From a virus (Duplodnaviria > Caudoviricetes): 64,000 nucleotides of DNA. The position numbers and the translations under genes are program-made. This document shows positions 28,451-38,700 of the stretch, one piece after another. Positions within the stretch are counted from its first letter, which is position 1. The number at the start of each line of letters is the position of its first letter. The notes beneath the pieces were generated by a model that made no database searches, was not told where the DNA came from, and saw only the letters and a list, made by a program, of their open reading frames with translations. The stretch lies in IMG/VR virus record IMGVR_UViG_3300025120_009952, positions 1,147-65,146 of that record; one strand, written 5' to 3'.

Positions 28451-29333
28451 CTAAAATTTCATCTGCAACCTTCATAGCAGATTCCTTATTCATGACATGG
28501 ACGTTTTGTTTAGGAAATCCTGTGCCTGCCCAACCGGTGCCATATCTGTACACTACCTTTTTAGAATTAAGCATTATGTTTTTATCTGCTAGGCATAAGA
28601 TTTTAAAAGGCAAGTCGTATTCGGTGGTTTCTTTTTTGCCTTGCATCATGTGTAAAGCCACACTGACTGCAAAATCATTCCTGTATGTTCTTGATCCTTC
28701 AAATTTATAGAACTTAGAATAGTACAGCCAATTCTTCTTAACTGCTTTCATCACATCAAACATCATTTTTGATTCTGAACATTTTGTAAAATATAAAACT
28801 GTTGCCCAAAACATCCTAATGGTTTGATGGTGAAGTCTAGCATAATCAATTATGTTATCTTGATAAGATATTTCTTCTACATGTTTACCACACAAAATAT
28901 TTTTTTCAGTTTGGAACAATTGATCCAAGGTATTGTCGAACACAAAATAATCACAATCTATTAGAACTGTTTTATCAAATGGTGACAGTTTGTAGGCATC
29001 CGGACGAGACTGATTCTGCCATTGTATGGTTATGGTTTTTACGCCAACCAACATCGACCTCCTGTTTACAAGTGCGTTAGTTTCGGGCCCTTTGCCTTTG
29101 TATTCAGGTTCTGTTACAATTATGTGATCAAAATACTGTGCTGTGGATGGAGTTGTTTCAATTTGTTTCTTACCTTTTGCATCAGTAATCACAGCAACCA
29201 AATTATTTTTCATGAATCGTTTTACATTTTTTGCATTGGCGATAGCCATGGTGACATAATCTATTTTAATTTTATTCTTGTCGCTATCAAAAGCCTGCCC
29301 ATTGAGAGCAAACATCAACACACCGTTAGTCAT
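28443..29333 (-). CDS. GT8-like glycosyltransferase (paralog)
   Basis: LSPFDKTVLIDCD (DxD), WATVLYF, RNDFA, HVMNK. Confidence 0.6.
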   Translation of the reverse strand: MTNGVLMFALNGQAFDSDKNKIKIDYVTMAIANAKNVKRFMKNNLVAVITDAKGKKQIETTPSTAQYFDHIIVTEPEYKGKGPETNALVNRRSMLVGVKTITIQWQNQSRPDAYKLSPFDKTVLIDCDYFVFDNTLDQLFQTEKNILCGKHVEEISYQDNIIDYARLHHQTIRMFWATVLYFTKCSESKMMFDVMKAVKKNWLYYSKFYKFEGSRTYRNDFAVSVALHMMQGKKETTEYDLPFKILCLADKNIMLNSKKVVYRYGTGWAGTGFPKQNVHVMNKESAMKVADEILDE

Positions 29334-29673
29334 TGTTCATTATTTTCTCAACGGATCTTTGTTTCTTGAGTTGCTCGTATAAGATATGATACTCGTTCAT
29401 TGCGTCATAGTAGCACGACTCTGCTTTTGCTATAAATTTTTCAATGTCATTTATCTTGATTGGAGTTTCATTTGTGTCCAGCATGATTAAGTCACGTGTG
29501 TTATCATGCATTTTTACAAATAAAATAGTGGCAGGATCGGCACAAAATAATCCGCCGTCACTAGCAAAGACCAATTTGTTCTTGGCTTTTTCTAAACCAT
29601 TGCGTTTCTTAGTGTCTAATGCTGTTTTAAGATTTGAAAACTGTTCTACTTTCTTGAGAAATTCTGCGTCCAT
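29326..29673 (-). CDS. hypothetical protein heading the minus-strand modification arm
   Basis: 115-aa ORF; TATAATTA 6 nt upstream of the ATG. Confidence 0.7.
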   Translation of the reverse strand: MDAEFLKKVEQFSNLKTALDTKKRNGLEKAKNKLVFASDGGLFCADPATILFVKMHDNTRDLIMLDTNETPIKINDIEKFIAKAESCYYDAMNEYHILYEQLKKQRSVEKIMNND

Positions 29674-29713
29674 GTACAGTAATTATACAGCCAAATGTTA
29701 TGGATTGCAAATA

Positions 29714-30703
29714 TTAAGATCCAGTAAAGGAAGTGTTGGAAACCGACACAGTGCCACATGCATCATTGTTGAGTTGAGTCTGATTTGGTTTGCCTATTGT
29801 GATCGGAGCCGCAATGTCTCCTGTAACACTTGTGGCTTGTGCGTTACTGTGATCATCTTGAAAAATTTGTTTTATAGTAATAACCGAACCGTTGTTGCCT
29901 CTGCCGTCACCGTGGTCAGCACCTGGATTCATCTTGACTTCGTAATAGTTTGCACGATAGTTACCGTAACCAAACGCATCATCAATCGTGTATTTGAACA
30001 TGGATGTATCTGTTGAGTTGGAAAGATCATAATATCCAGTAGTTGATAAGTGCGTAGTTGGAGAGTTGTCTCCTCCTGCTCCGTATCCTGATGAGTTATT
30101 TGAAAAAGTTCTAGTGAAGGTAGATGATAATAATTTGAGATCGCCAACTTCTGTTAATAAGTGGGCCCATTGTGCATTCCTTCCTGTGGAATCTGACAGT
30201 GATGGGTTTAATTTAATGTATCCACCTGCGTTGAAAAAGTATCTTGCTTCGTCACCACCAGCAAATGTAACTGTTGATGTTGCTGTGGCAGTGGCGGCCC
30301 ATGTACTTGTATAGTTGTGTGCTGTGCTTGATTCTGTGATGTTTGCACTTGCGCCAGTTGTTCTTGCGTTGTAAAGTGTCGTAATATCTGTTGATAGATT
30401 AGCAATTACGGCAATTGCCTCACCTGCCGCTACGTTGAAATCTGAAATGTTAATTGATGTACCTTGGTGTTGTCTAATTGAGTTTAACCTAGCAAGTAGT
30501 GTTGTCCACTGTGTTGCTGTTATTGAGTTGCCTGCGGCTACTGCCGCCACTACGTTTGATTGTCCGTAGCCAGCGTCTCCTGTGCCTACTCCCCAAATTG
30601 TGTTAATTGATGCCGCACTGGTGTCACCTGTTCCAGCGGCGTTGCCTGTGGCAAATGTGTTGTATTCATCGTCTAGTATTACGTCGCCTGCTGAATAAGC
30701 CAT
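29714..30703 (-). CDS. virion structural protein (tail/fibre-associated)
   Basis: Ala/Thr/Gly/Ser-rich; GYGQ and ARYFFNAGG motifs; SD GGGAG plus TAAATA upstream. Confidence 0.7.
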   Translation of the reverse strand: MAYSAGDVILDDEYNTFATGNAAGTGDTSAASINTIWGVGTGDAGYGQSNVVAAVAAGNSITATQWTTLLARLNSIRQHQGTSINISDFNVAAGEAIAVIANLSTDITTLYNARTTGASANITESSTAHNYTSTWAATATATSTVTFAGGDEARYFFNAGGYIKLNPSLSDSTGRNAQWAHLLTEVGDLKLLSSTFTRTFSNNSSGYGAGGDNSPTTHLSTTGYYDLSNSTDTSMFKYTIDDAFGYGNYRANYYEVKMNPGADHGDGRGNNGSVITIKQIFQDDHSNAQATSVTGDIAAPITIGKPNQTQLNNDACGTVSVSNTSFTGS

Positions 30704-30737
30704 TAGTTCACTCTCCCTAATATGTTTCTAATATTTA

Positions 30738-32285
30738 TCATTTGACCGTAATCTCTACTAGTCCAACATCTGCGTCAGTTTTTGATGCTAATGCTCGGCC
30801 TATTACATTGGTCATTGTTAAATCTTCTGTGTCTGCCCCTTTGGCAGTACCCGGAGTACCTCCAGGAATAAGTCTTTGTCCTTTAACAACTGTACCTTCT
30901 ACTTTGCATGGTACTCTCCCTGACAGAGCCACGTATGGGTGTGTCGAGTCAAGTCCTGCGTCTGCATTCATTTTGAATGCTGGATCAGTTGATATAACAC
31001 CAAAACAATCATCTTCGTTTGGTGTAGTTTTTCTAATTTCGTTGTCGCCACCTATGTTAACGACATCACCAGGTTCAAGTCCTAAACCATGATAGCGTTC
31101 TGCTAGATCCGAATATTCTGCCGATGTTGCTGTTGCGTGTATTTTTGCATAAGTTGATATTGCAACATTACCTGCTGTAGTACCTGTTTCTGCTGTTGTG
31201 ATACAAGCGAATTCATCTGCAGATTCATCCCAGATAAATGCCGCATTAGTTTCAACACCTCTGTCAATTAATAAACCTTTGTCAGTTGCTGATGTGTTAG
31301 TTGACCCAGAACCTAGTACAATCAATGGATCTGAAACGTTCAAGTTAGTTACATTGATGTTTTGTACAGTTCCCGATGTTGTCATTGTGCCGGTAACGTT
31401 TAAATTTGTGATGCTTGTAGTTGCTGTGGCACCATCGATAGTCATTGCTACAGTGTCTGCTCCACCATCGTTCACGTTGAATATGATGTCTCCATCTTCT
31501 GTTACACTTTTTAGTGTAGTGTTTGCACCGGATTGTGATATTTTAAAATCCGAATCAACACCAATTGTTAAACCTGTGTCATTAAGTACACCTAATGTAC
31601 CTGACGTTGTATCGTTAGTGTCTGCTCTCAAATACCCTGCCGCCGCAGTGCCACCTAGTGCATCTGCATCTGTGGCAGTACCAACAAACTTATTAGAAGT
31701 GATTGCAGTCGAAAGATCAAATCCTTTCGATATTGTTGCAAATCCTGATATAGCAGTTTGTGGAGTAAATTCAACTGATGATAACATGCCAACGATTGTG
31801 TCAGCAATTTTAAATTGTAGTACAGTTCTATCAACACCCGAGTTATCTGTAATTGTTTGTGATACAGAACCTGTCACACCTGCTCCAGAAGTAGATATTG
31901 GACCTACTAAAACAAAAGATGATCCGCTGTAGACATATAATTGTCCATTTGTTGAATCATACCACAAGTCACCTTGTGCTGTGTTAGTTGGCTCTGATGC
32001 TGAAACGTTTGCTCCACTTACAGATTTGAATGACGAACCGTTGTAAACTTGTAATTGGTTTGCTGTGGTGTTGTACCAAATTTGTCCTTGTAATGGACTA
32101 GTTGGTGTGTTAGATGATGTGTTTGCAAAGTTTTCTAAAATTTTAACTTGGTTTTCATTGAGAACTTCACCGTATCCTGCATAGTTTTTACCTATGAGTG
32201 ATAATGAACTTGATGTTGTATCTAGAGTACCATCAGCAACTGTGGCTACTACTGTTCCGTCTGTTTTGTTGATTGCGTATGCCAT
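30738..32285 (-). CDS. tail fibre-like protein with C-terminal intramolecular chaperone (peptidase G2/S74-like)
   Basis: MAYAINKTDG N-terminus; GQIWY/GDLWY repeats; YSDLAERY...GDVV...GVIS..P...VALSGRVPCKV C-terminus. Confidence 0.75.
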   Translation of the reverse strand: MAYAINKTDGTVVATVADGTLDTTSSSLSLIGKNYAGYGEVLNENQVKILENFANTSSNTPTSPLQGQIWYNTTANQLQVYNGSSFKSVSGANVSASEPTNTAQGDLWYDSTNGQLYVYSGSSFVLVGPISTSGAGVTGSVSQTITDNSGVDRTVLQFKIADTIVGMLSSVEFTPQTAISGFATISKGFDLSTAITSNKFVGTATDADALGGTAAAGYLRADTNDTTSGTLGVLNDTGLTIGVDSDFKISQSGANTTLKSVTEDGDIIFNVNDGGADTVAMTIDGATATTSITNLNVTGTMTTSGTVQNINVTNLNVSDPLIVLGSGSTNTSATDKGLLIDRGVETNAAFIWDESADEFACITTAETGTTAGNVAISTYAKIHATATSAEYSDLAERYHGLGLEPGDVVNIGGDNEIRKTTPNEDDCFGVISTDPAFKMNADAGLDSTHPYVALSGRVPCKVEGTVVKGQRLIPGGTPGTAKGADTEDLTMTNVIGRALASKTDADVGLVEITVK

Positions 32286-32291
32286 ATGCTA

Positions 32292-32299
32292 TATTTATA
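32292..32299 (-). promoter_or_regulatory. T4-type late promoter TATAAATA
   Basis: Exact TATAAATA overlapping the upstream stop codon, 6 nt before the ATG at 32285. Confidence 0.7.
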
Positions 32300-32774
32300 T
32301 GTCCCTTATTTTCTCTGCCACTTCCATTTCATCCGCGATAGTCACATAATCGTAACCTGGATCTTCTGCGTAGACTTTCTTTTGTTCTTTTGTTTCTGCT
32401 TTCACTGTAGCAATATGATCTCTCAATGCTGTGAATTTCTCCGTGTTTGGTATGTCTGATTGGTCAAGCATGTCTATAATGATGTTTAATTGTTTGTGTA
32501 TAGGAAATTCTTCTAATACTCTTATGTTTGCCGCATAATGTACTTCAGTTTCTTTAATTTTAACCTGTCCTTCCACCATCGATTTGACACTACCTGTTTC
32601 ATAATCGCCCTGCCAGTAATGTGTTTCGTTGTCAAATTCAACTTCTTTGACAACAAACTTAGTCATGTCAATTTGATCCATTATGGTTGGTGTTCTTTTT
32701 AATGAGTCAGTCAGGTTGACCATCATAACACCATTCTTTTTATTGAATAAAAATGTTTTTGTTTCTACAGCCAT
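32295..32774 (-). CDS. hypothetical protein (possible fibre assembly factor)
   Basis: 159-aa ORF between the two fibre paralogs. Confidence 0.65.
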   Translation of the reverse strand: MAVETKTFLFNKKNGVMMVNLTDSLKRTPTIMDQIDMTKFVVKEVEFDNETHYWQGDYETGSVKSMVEGQVKIKETEVHYAANIRVLEEFPIHKQLNIIIDMLDQSDIPNTEKFTALRDHIATVKAETKEQKKVYAEDPGYDYVTIADEMEVAEKIRDI

Positions 32775-32775
32775 G

Positions 32776-33300
32776 TTATGCTACCTTCCTTTGTTTAACT
32801 AATCCGTTCATTTCTAAACCTTGCATGATGCACACACTGTACTTTGGTTGTTCATCTGCCTCAATCTCGGTTACTGAGTGGGGAGTACTCATTTTCATTT
32901 CAAAAGTTGCCCCCGGTATCTCATGTACCAAATGTTCGTTATCGTCCTCATCCCAATACTTGAAATGCGGTTTGTCAGATTGTAAAAATATACATTTGAA
33001 AAACCAATACTTGCCTTGACTGTCTCTGTGTCTTGGTATGTGCATTCCTGGTTCATATTTGTTAACACAGTATAACAGCCTATCACTCCATTGTACAGGA
33101 ATTGTTTTAAAAATTGCGTCTGTTAAATCTTCCGGCATATCATATTGATGCAGTTGTTTAAGTTTTGCTGTGCCATAGTGTGTAGCAAATTCTCCGCTTA
33201 AAGAATCTTTGTCACGGACCTTTATTAGATGATCATACTTGCGTACCAAAGTCATTACTTCGTCTACGTTTGTCATATAATTTTCTATCTGTTTAAACAT
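32776..33300 (-). CDS. 2OG-Fe(II) oxygenase-like protein
   Basis: TAATG-coupled start at 33300; NKYEPG..IPRHRD (HxD) ... HSV ... KYS. Confidence 0.7.
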   Translation of the reverse strand: MFKQIENYMTNVDEVMTLVRKYDHLIKVRDKDSLSGEFATHYGTAKLKQLHQYDMPEDLTDAIFKTIPVQWSDRLLYCVNKYEPGMHIPRHRDSQGKYWFFKCIFLQSDKPHFKYWDEDDNEHLVHEIPGATFEMKMSTPHSVTEIEADEQPKYSVCIMQGLEMNGLVKQRKVA

Positions 33301-35102
33301 TATGCTCCTGACACATATTCCCAAGCCGTTGCGCCTGCGTTTACTCTGTAAATTAAATCGTTGTCTCTTGTTGGGTTTGCCACTGTGCTTGAAACTGCTG
33401 TGACAACACCACTTACTACATTACCTATGGAACCAACACTACCAACTGTTACACTCAAAGTGTCTTTGGTGCTGGTTGTTGCCGCCACGTATGCTTTTGT
33501 TAGTCCCGCAAAATTCGCCACTGGAGCCAATGTTGTTAACAAGCCTTGTACTGTGCCTGCTCCTGTGCCTGTCTTTGCAAGTCCTGTGATATCAATCTGT
33601 AGATAAATGTCTGCGTTTCCGTCCACATATCTTTTCACTGCTTCTTCTGTGACTAATAATGAATTTGATGCGTTTGTGTAAACACCTGGTGCGTCTCCAC
33701 CTAGTGCTCCGTCTGGTGAAATTCCTGTTACACTTGATGTTGAATCAGCAAATCCAAAACTGCTTACTCTAACCACTCCAGTACCAACTCCTGTTAACAC
33801 AAGATCATCGTTGGTTCTTGCTGGTCTAATTTCGTTGTCTTCTAACACAATAGCGTCATTAATAATAACATTTCCTGTGCCTGCCGCACCCAGTTGTAAT
33901 GAATCGTTTGAGTTGTTTGTTCTGATTTCGTTTTCTACAATACTAACACTTCCAACTGTGAGTGTGTCACCTTCATAGTTTGCAACTATTGTTGCTTTGC
34001 TTGAATCTGTAACAGCAGTAACTGTCGCCGCTGAAGTTGATAATACTGCTTTGAATTTGTCTTCACCCTCGTTCCAATATAGAATTGCAGAGTTTCCTGC
34101 TGATCCACGTTGGACATATATTCCTGAATCAACGTCTGCGCCTGAAGATGATCTGTTAAGTTCTAACAATGGATCTTCTATTGTCATGTTAGTTGTTTCA
34201 ACTGACGTTGTAGTGCCTTTTACTTGTAGATTGCCGTTTACTATTACGTCTGCTGTTGCACCATCGATTAACAATGCTGTTGTATCAGAACCACCATCAT
34301 TAATATTAAATTTAATATCTCCATCTGATGTTTGATTCTTAAATGTTACATCAGAACCTGAAACAGAGATGTTAACATCTGAGTCGATACCAACAGTAAG
34401 TCCTGTGTCGTTCAATACGCCAAGTGTACCGGAAGTTGTATCATTTGCATCTGATCTTAAAAATGATGCACTATCAATATTATCCAGTGTATCAGCATTT
34501 GTTGCCGTGCCATGTATTTTATGTCCAGTTGCAAGTGTAAGTCCAAGTCCAACTGATGTCGAACCAAATCCACTTGGTGCTGTATTTGCCGTAAATGCAT
34601 TAGTAGAGGCTATTGCCCATCTAGTGCCTTTGTTATAAACGCCTACAACTTTTTGAGTTGCAGATAAATTGTCTGTAATTGTGTCTTGTAGGAATCCTGC
34701 TTTGCCGTCTGCTGTGGAAAAGATTGGTCCTATCAAATCAAATGCTGTGCCGTCGTACATGTATAGTTGATCATTTGTAGTATCGTTCCATAACATGCCA
34801 GTTGATAATCCTGTGCTTGGCTCTGATGCGGAACTTTCAACTCCTACGTTGACCCACGCCGCCCCAGTGTAAACTTTTAGTCTGTCATTTGTCTTATCCC
34901 ACCAAAGTTCACCTTCGATAGGTGCTGTTGGTTCACTTGCTGAAGACGAGTTCTCAAGTAGTTTGACTAAGTTTTCGTTGAATGCTTCACCATATGATTG
35001 ATAGTTTCTTCCAATCAATGATAGTGAACTTGTTGTATCTAAAACACCGTCATTAACGGTTGCTAGTATTGTTCCATCTGTTTTGTTAATTGTGTATGCC
35101 AT
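33300..35102 (-). CDS. tail fibre-like protein (paralog of 30738..32285)
   Basis: MAYTINKTDG N-terminus; shared NDTTSGTLGVLNDTGLT segment. Confidence 0.75.
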   Translation of the reverse strand: MAYTINKTDGTILATVNDGVLDTTSSLSLIGRNYQSYGEAFNENLVKLLENSSSASEPTAPIEGELWWDKTNDRLKVYTGAAWVNVGVESSASEPSTGLSTGMLWNDTTNDQLYMYDGTAFDLIGPIFSTADGKAGFLQDTITDNLSATQKVVGVYNKGTRWAIASTNAFTANTAPSGFGSTSVGLGLTLATGHKIHGTATNADTLDNIDSASFLRSDANDTTSGTLGVLNDTGLTVGIDSDVNISVSGSDVTFKNQTSDGDIKFNINDGGSDTTALLIDGATADVIVNGNLQVKGTTTSVETTNMTIEDPLLELNRSSSGADVDSGIYVQRGSAGNSAILYWNEGEDKFKAVLSTSAATVTAVTDSSKATIVANYEGDTLTVGSVSIVENEIRTNNSNDSLQLGAAGTGNVIINDAIVLEDNEIRPARTNDDLVLTGVGTGVVRVSSFGFADSTSSVTGISPDGALGGDAPGVYTNASNSLLVTEEAVKRYVDGNADIYLQIDITGLAKTGTGAGTVQGLLTTLAPVANFAGLTKAYVAATTSTKDTLSVTVGSVGSIGNVVSGVVTAVSSTVANPTRDNDLIYRVNAGATAWEYVSGA

Positions 35103-35125
35103 ATCTGTACTCTATTTATCGCTCC

Positions 35126-35767
35126 TTAACTTTCAATGAAGTTGGTTAACGACTGCACTCTCACTGTGTAATCGATCTGTATCAACCTGTTTAACGACTT
35201 TTGCACAGGGTGAAATATAACATGTGTCAATAATTTGCCTTGCCCTGCACCCGAAGCCGAATAGCCATAAAGTGAAAGTTCGTCAAAAACGTATGAATCT
35301 GTAAATGTTGTGGTGTTGTCAAATGCTGATTGTCCTGCAGGCTCACCATAATCTAACAAGCAAGTACACACTATGTCAGAATATACATTGCCTGATGTGT
35401 GCCTAACTTCTATTTTGTTCCTTGTAGCGTCTGAATTTGCCGCTGATAAGTCGTTTATGGACTTGAAATATGTTTCGTTATACAATGCTGAATTTGACCC
35501 TGAATTGTTTGGCGTCAAATATGTTATAACTCCAGTAGAGTCAACTGATGTGCCTCCGTTCCCAAAGTGCATTTCTTCGATGTATCCATCGGCTCTGTTT
35601 GCTATGGATTTAGCCAGTGCTTCTGAGAAATTTTCATAGTGTATTGCATTGCGTTTATCTACAAACACTTCCTCAGATTGTGGGTCAAAGATCTTAATGT
35701 GACCTTCGATTAGCACGCCTGAATTCTCGTCTGCTGGCTTTTGGGTTTGTTCTGTGTTATCTGTCAT
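35126..35767 (-). CDS. virion structural protein (baseplate/fibre junction)
   Basis: Lies in the structural block; FGNGG, FDELSL and THVIFHPVQKS motifs; TAAATA upstream. Confidence 0.65.
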   Translation of the reverse strand: MTDNTEQTQKPADENSGVLIEGHIKIFDPQSEEVFVDKRNAIHYENFSEALAKSIANRADGYIEEMHFGNGGTSVDSTGVITYLTPNNSGSNSALYNETYFKSINDLSAANSDATRNKIEVRHTSGNVYSDIVCTCLLDYGEPAGQSAFDNTTTFTDSYVFDELSLYGYSASGAGQGKLLTHVIFHPVQKSLNRLIQIDYTVRVQSLTNFIES

Positions 35768-35791
35768 TGTTTTAATGTGTCCATATATTTA

Positions 35792-38700
35792 TTAAGGTAG
35801 TTTTGTAGGGCTATTAAGCAAGAATGTCGCTTCGGGCCCTGTTGCTCCTTGTAATCCTGTTCCGTCTCCTGCTGTGCTTGTTCCTTGGTCAACCCACACT
35901 CTACCAGTCTTACGGACTACTTCTACTCTGCGTCCATTTGCTGGTGCAGTTGTAAATGTTATTGTAGCACTCGAACCATTAAATGTAAAGCCTGATCTTT
36001 GTTTGACGCCACCAACAAATACAGTTACATCTGCTCCATCTGATCTTGGAATAAATGCAGTCGAGTCTGCTCCATACAGTGCAAACGAATTAGTTGAACC
36101 ATCTGCTGTATGTTTGCATGTGGTCACAGTATCTGAGTAACCTGGGATTGTTTGTGAATCACCTGCATCAGTTACAACTGTGCCCGATGGATGTGTGTCA
36201 ACCGCACCAGTACCTAGTGTTCCACGCATAATTTGTCCTAGGCTGTTTTCTCCTAGATCTCTTGCAAAGTAAGTAATTCTTTCTTTGTTGATAAACACAA
36301 TTCCTGGAATATTGCTGTCCAAATTTGGTATAGGCAATACAGAAGCATCAGCAACAAATATTTCACTGTCAGTAATCGACAATGCCTTGCTCAGTGTAGT
36401 ATTGTGAGCATCTGACAATCTCTTATAGTGTGTTCTATTAATCATGTCTTTAAACAATCTGTATCCTATGGCTTCTTGTGTTTTTGTTGTTACAATCGAT
36501 GTCACCACGACAGTATCTGTATTGGCATAACTTGCCCTTGGAATAAAAATTTTGTTATTTCTTAATTCGTAATCTGTGCCAGCAATCTGTATGTCTCCAT
36601 TATAAGTTACCCAAAGATAATCTGTGTTGGTTGGAATTCTTGATAGTGTGTAAAATCCACCCACGTTTGAATCTGTCTGCGCCGATGCAGTGTCGAAACC
36701 TAATTTGTAAATGTAAACTGTATTACCTGCAGATGATCCTGATGCATTCAATGAAACCGTTGTGCCTGAAATTGACACACTAAAGTCTGCAAGTTGGTTG
36801 TCGCTCACCTGTCCATATTGAACATGAGAAACATTACCGGATTTTGCGGCAACATGTATAGTTGCAAATTCGTAATCTTCGTCTGTGCTATCATTAGCAC
36901 TCTCAACTAAGATCTGATAGTATGCTCCATCAAAGTTTGCAGATGTTAAATCAAAACTATCCAGTGTTGTTGATGCAGTATCTAATGTTTGTGAACCTAT
37001 AAACTCAATTCCAGTATCATTTTCTGTCACAGTAGCAGTGCCCAAGTTAGATGCTATACCAAAAACATTAACAGCACTTGATAATGAATTCGTTAAAGTC
37101 AACGTAAGCGTCGACCCTGAGTGCGACACAGCGAATGTGTTACGTGAAACTGACCCGTCTGCTGGTAGAACATTGTAAGCAGTATGGAAAGCAGTGGTTC
37201 CATTGTATCCAATGTAAAGTTGTGATGTTTCGTTACTGGTTCCGTCGCTCACTGTAACAAATATCTCAGCGCCTCTGTAACTTGACGTATCTAATTCATA
37301 CACAGTTGTTGCTGTGCCAGTAGATGTATATTGTTTTGTAAATGCCGATTGATTCGAGTTGATTGGTTGTATTGCGTTGATGTCCGATGACAACACTGCC
37401 ATTCTATGTGCTTTAACTTTGGTTACATTATCAGTTGCAGTTGCCTTGACTGTTACAACACCCGATGATATAGTTGCATCGTATGTAACAAAATCTGTTG
37501 TGCCTGTAGCATGTACCGTTGCAAGAACTGTATGTGAAACATTTGTACCATCTGTTGTCACAGTCAGCACCTCACTCTGTGTGTTGTCACTTCCGCTTGT
37601 TGCAACCACAAAGTATTTCACAGAAGTAACTGAATCTGTATTGAATGTGTCGATTGTGACGCCACTAGTAGTGACAGGATCTTTTGTAATCAAACTTTGA
37701 TATGTACCTAGAGCCGCATCAACAAGTCCTGATCCTTTAAAAATTTCTGTTCTGATGCCAAGCAAGTCATGGTTTGTAAATGACGTGACCCTTAATTCAT
37801 CATTCTCATCGCCCATGGATGTTGTGATTAAATTTGTACCTTCTATTATGTAATCGTGTCCTATTTTTACAACAATCGCAACGCCATCTCCATCGTTTGG
37901 TCTAGTGTTGAAGAATACAACTCCTGTACCTGTCACTGCCGCCGAGTCAGCCGTTACATTGTTTTGATCTGCTGTGTCATCACTTTGATCTGCTGTGATG
38001 CCAATGTCGTTTAAGAACCAATCGACACCTGCTGTCTGTCTCTCACCGTTGAGGTAAACTTCTACATCTGCAACACTTGGAATTGCCGCCGCATTAATTG
38101 TGGTCGGCAAGTTGAATGCAAAGGTACTGCCATCTCCGGAATAGTATGCTGTGTCAGGTGGTGTTAATCTTTCTCCGTTGCGTTCTATAATCACTGTGTT
38201 GTGCAATGGTCCAAACTCTGCTGGTGTTTGTGATAATGCGTATGTTGTTGTTGACCCATCGGATTTAATTGTTTGTGTGTTGACCTGTGAATATGTTTGT
38301 TCACCTGCATCGCCATCAAACAATGTTATTTGCACAGTCGATCCATTTGCTGGCGCTGTGCCAAAAGTTACATCAGTAGACGCACTGTCATCACCTTCTG
38401 ATAATGTTGCTGTGGTTACTACACCATTCACTGTCACAAAAGCAGTTTTGCTTAAATTAATTGTGCTATCTGCAAGTGTAAATGGCACCGGCAAATTGAA
38501 AACTTTTTTACTGCCATTGCCTGTGAAATCTCTCTTGATACTAATTTTACTTCCACTAATGCTGAAACTTTGTATTGTGATTAATCTTCCTGCCGCTGGA
38601 GCCGATGTGAACACCACTGTGTTGTTTGCACCTATCGAATAATCAGATGATGAATCGTTCTTGACCCTTCTACGCAGGTTCCCTTCTACCCAAACAAACA

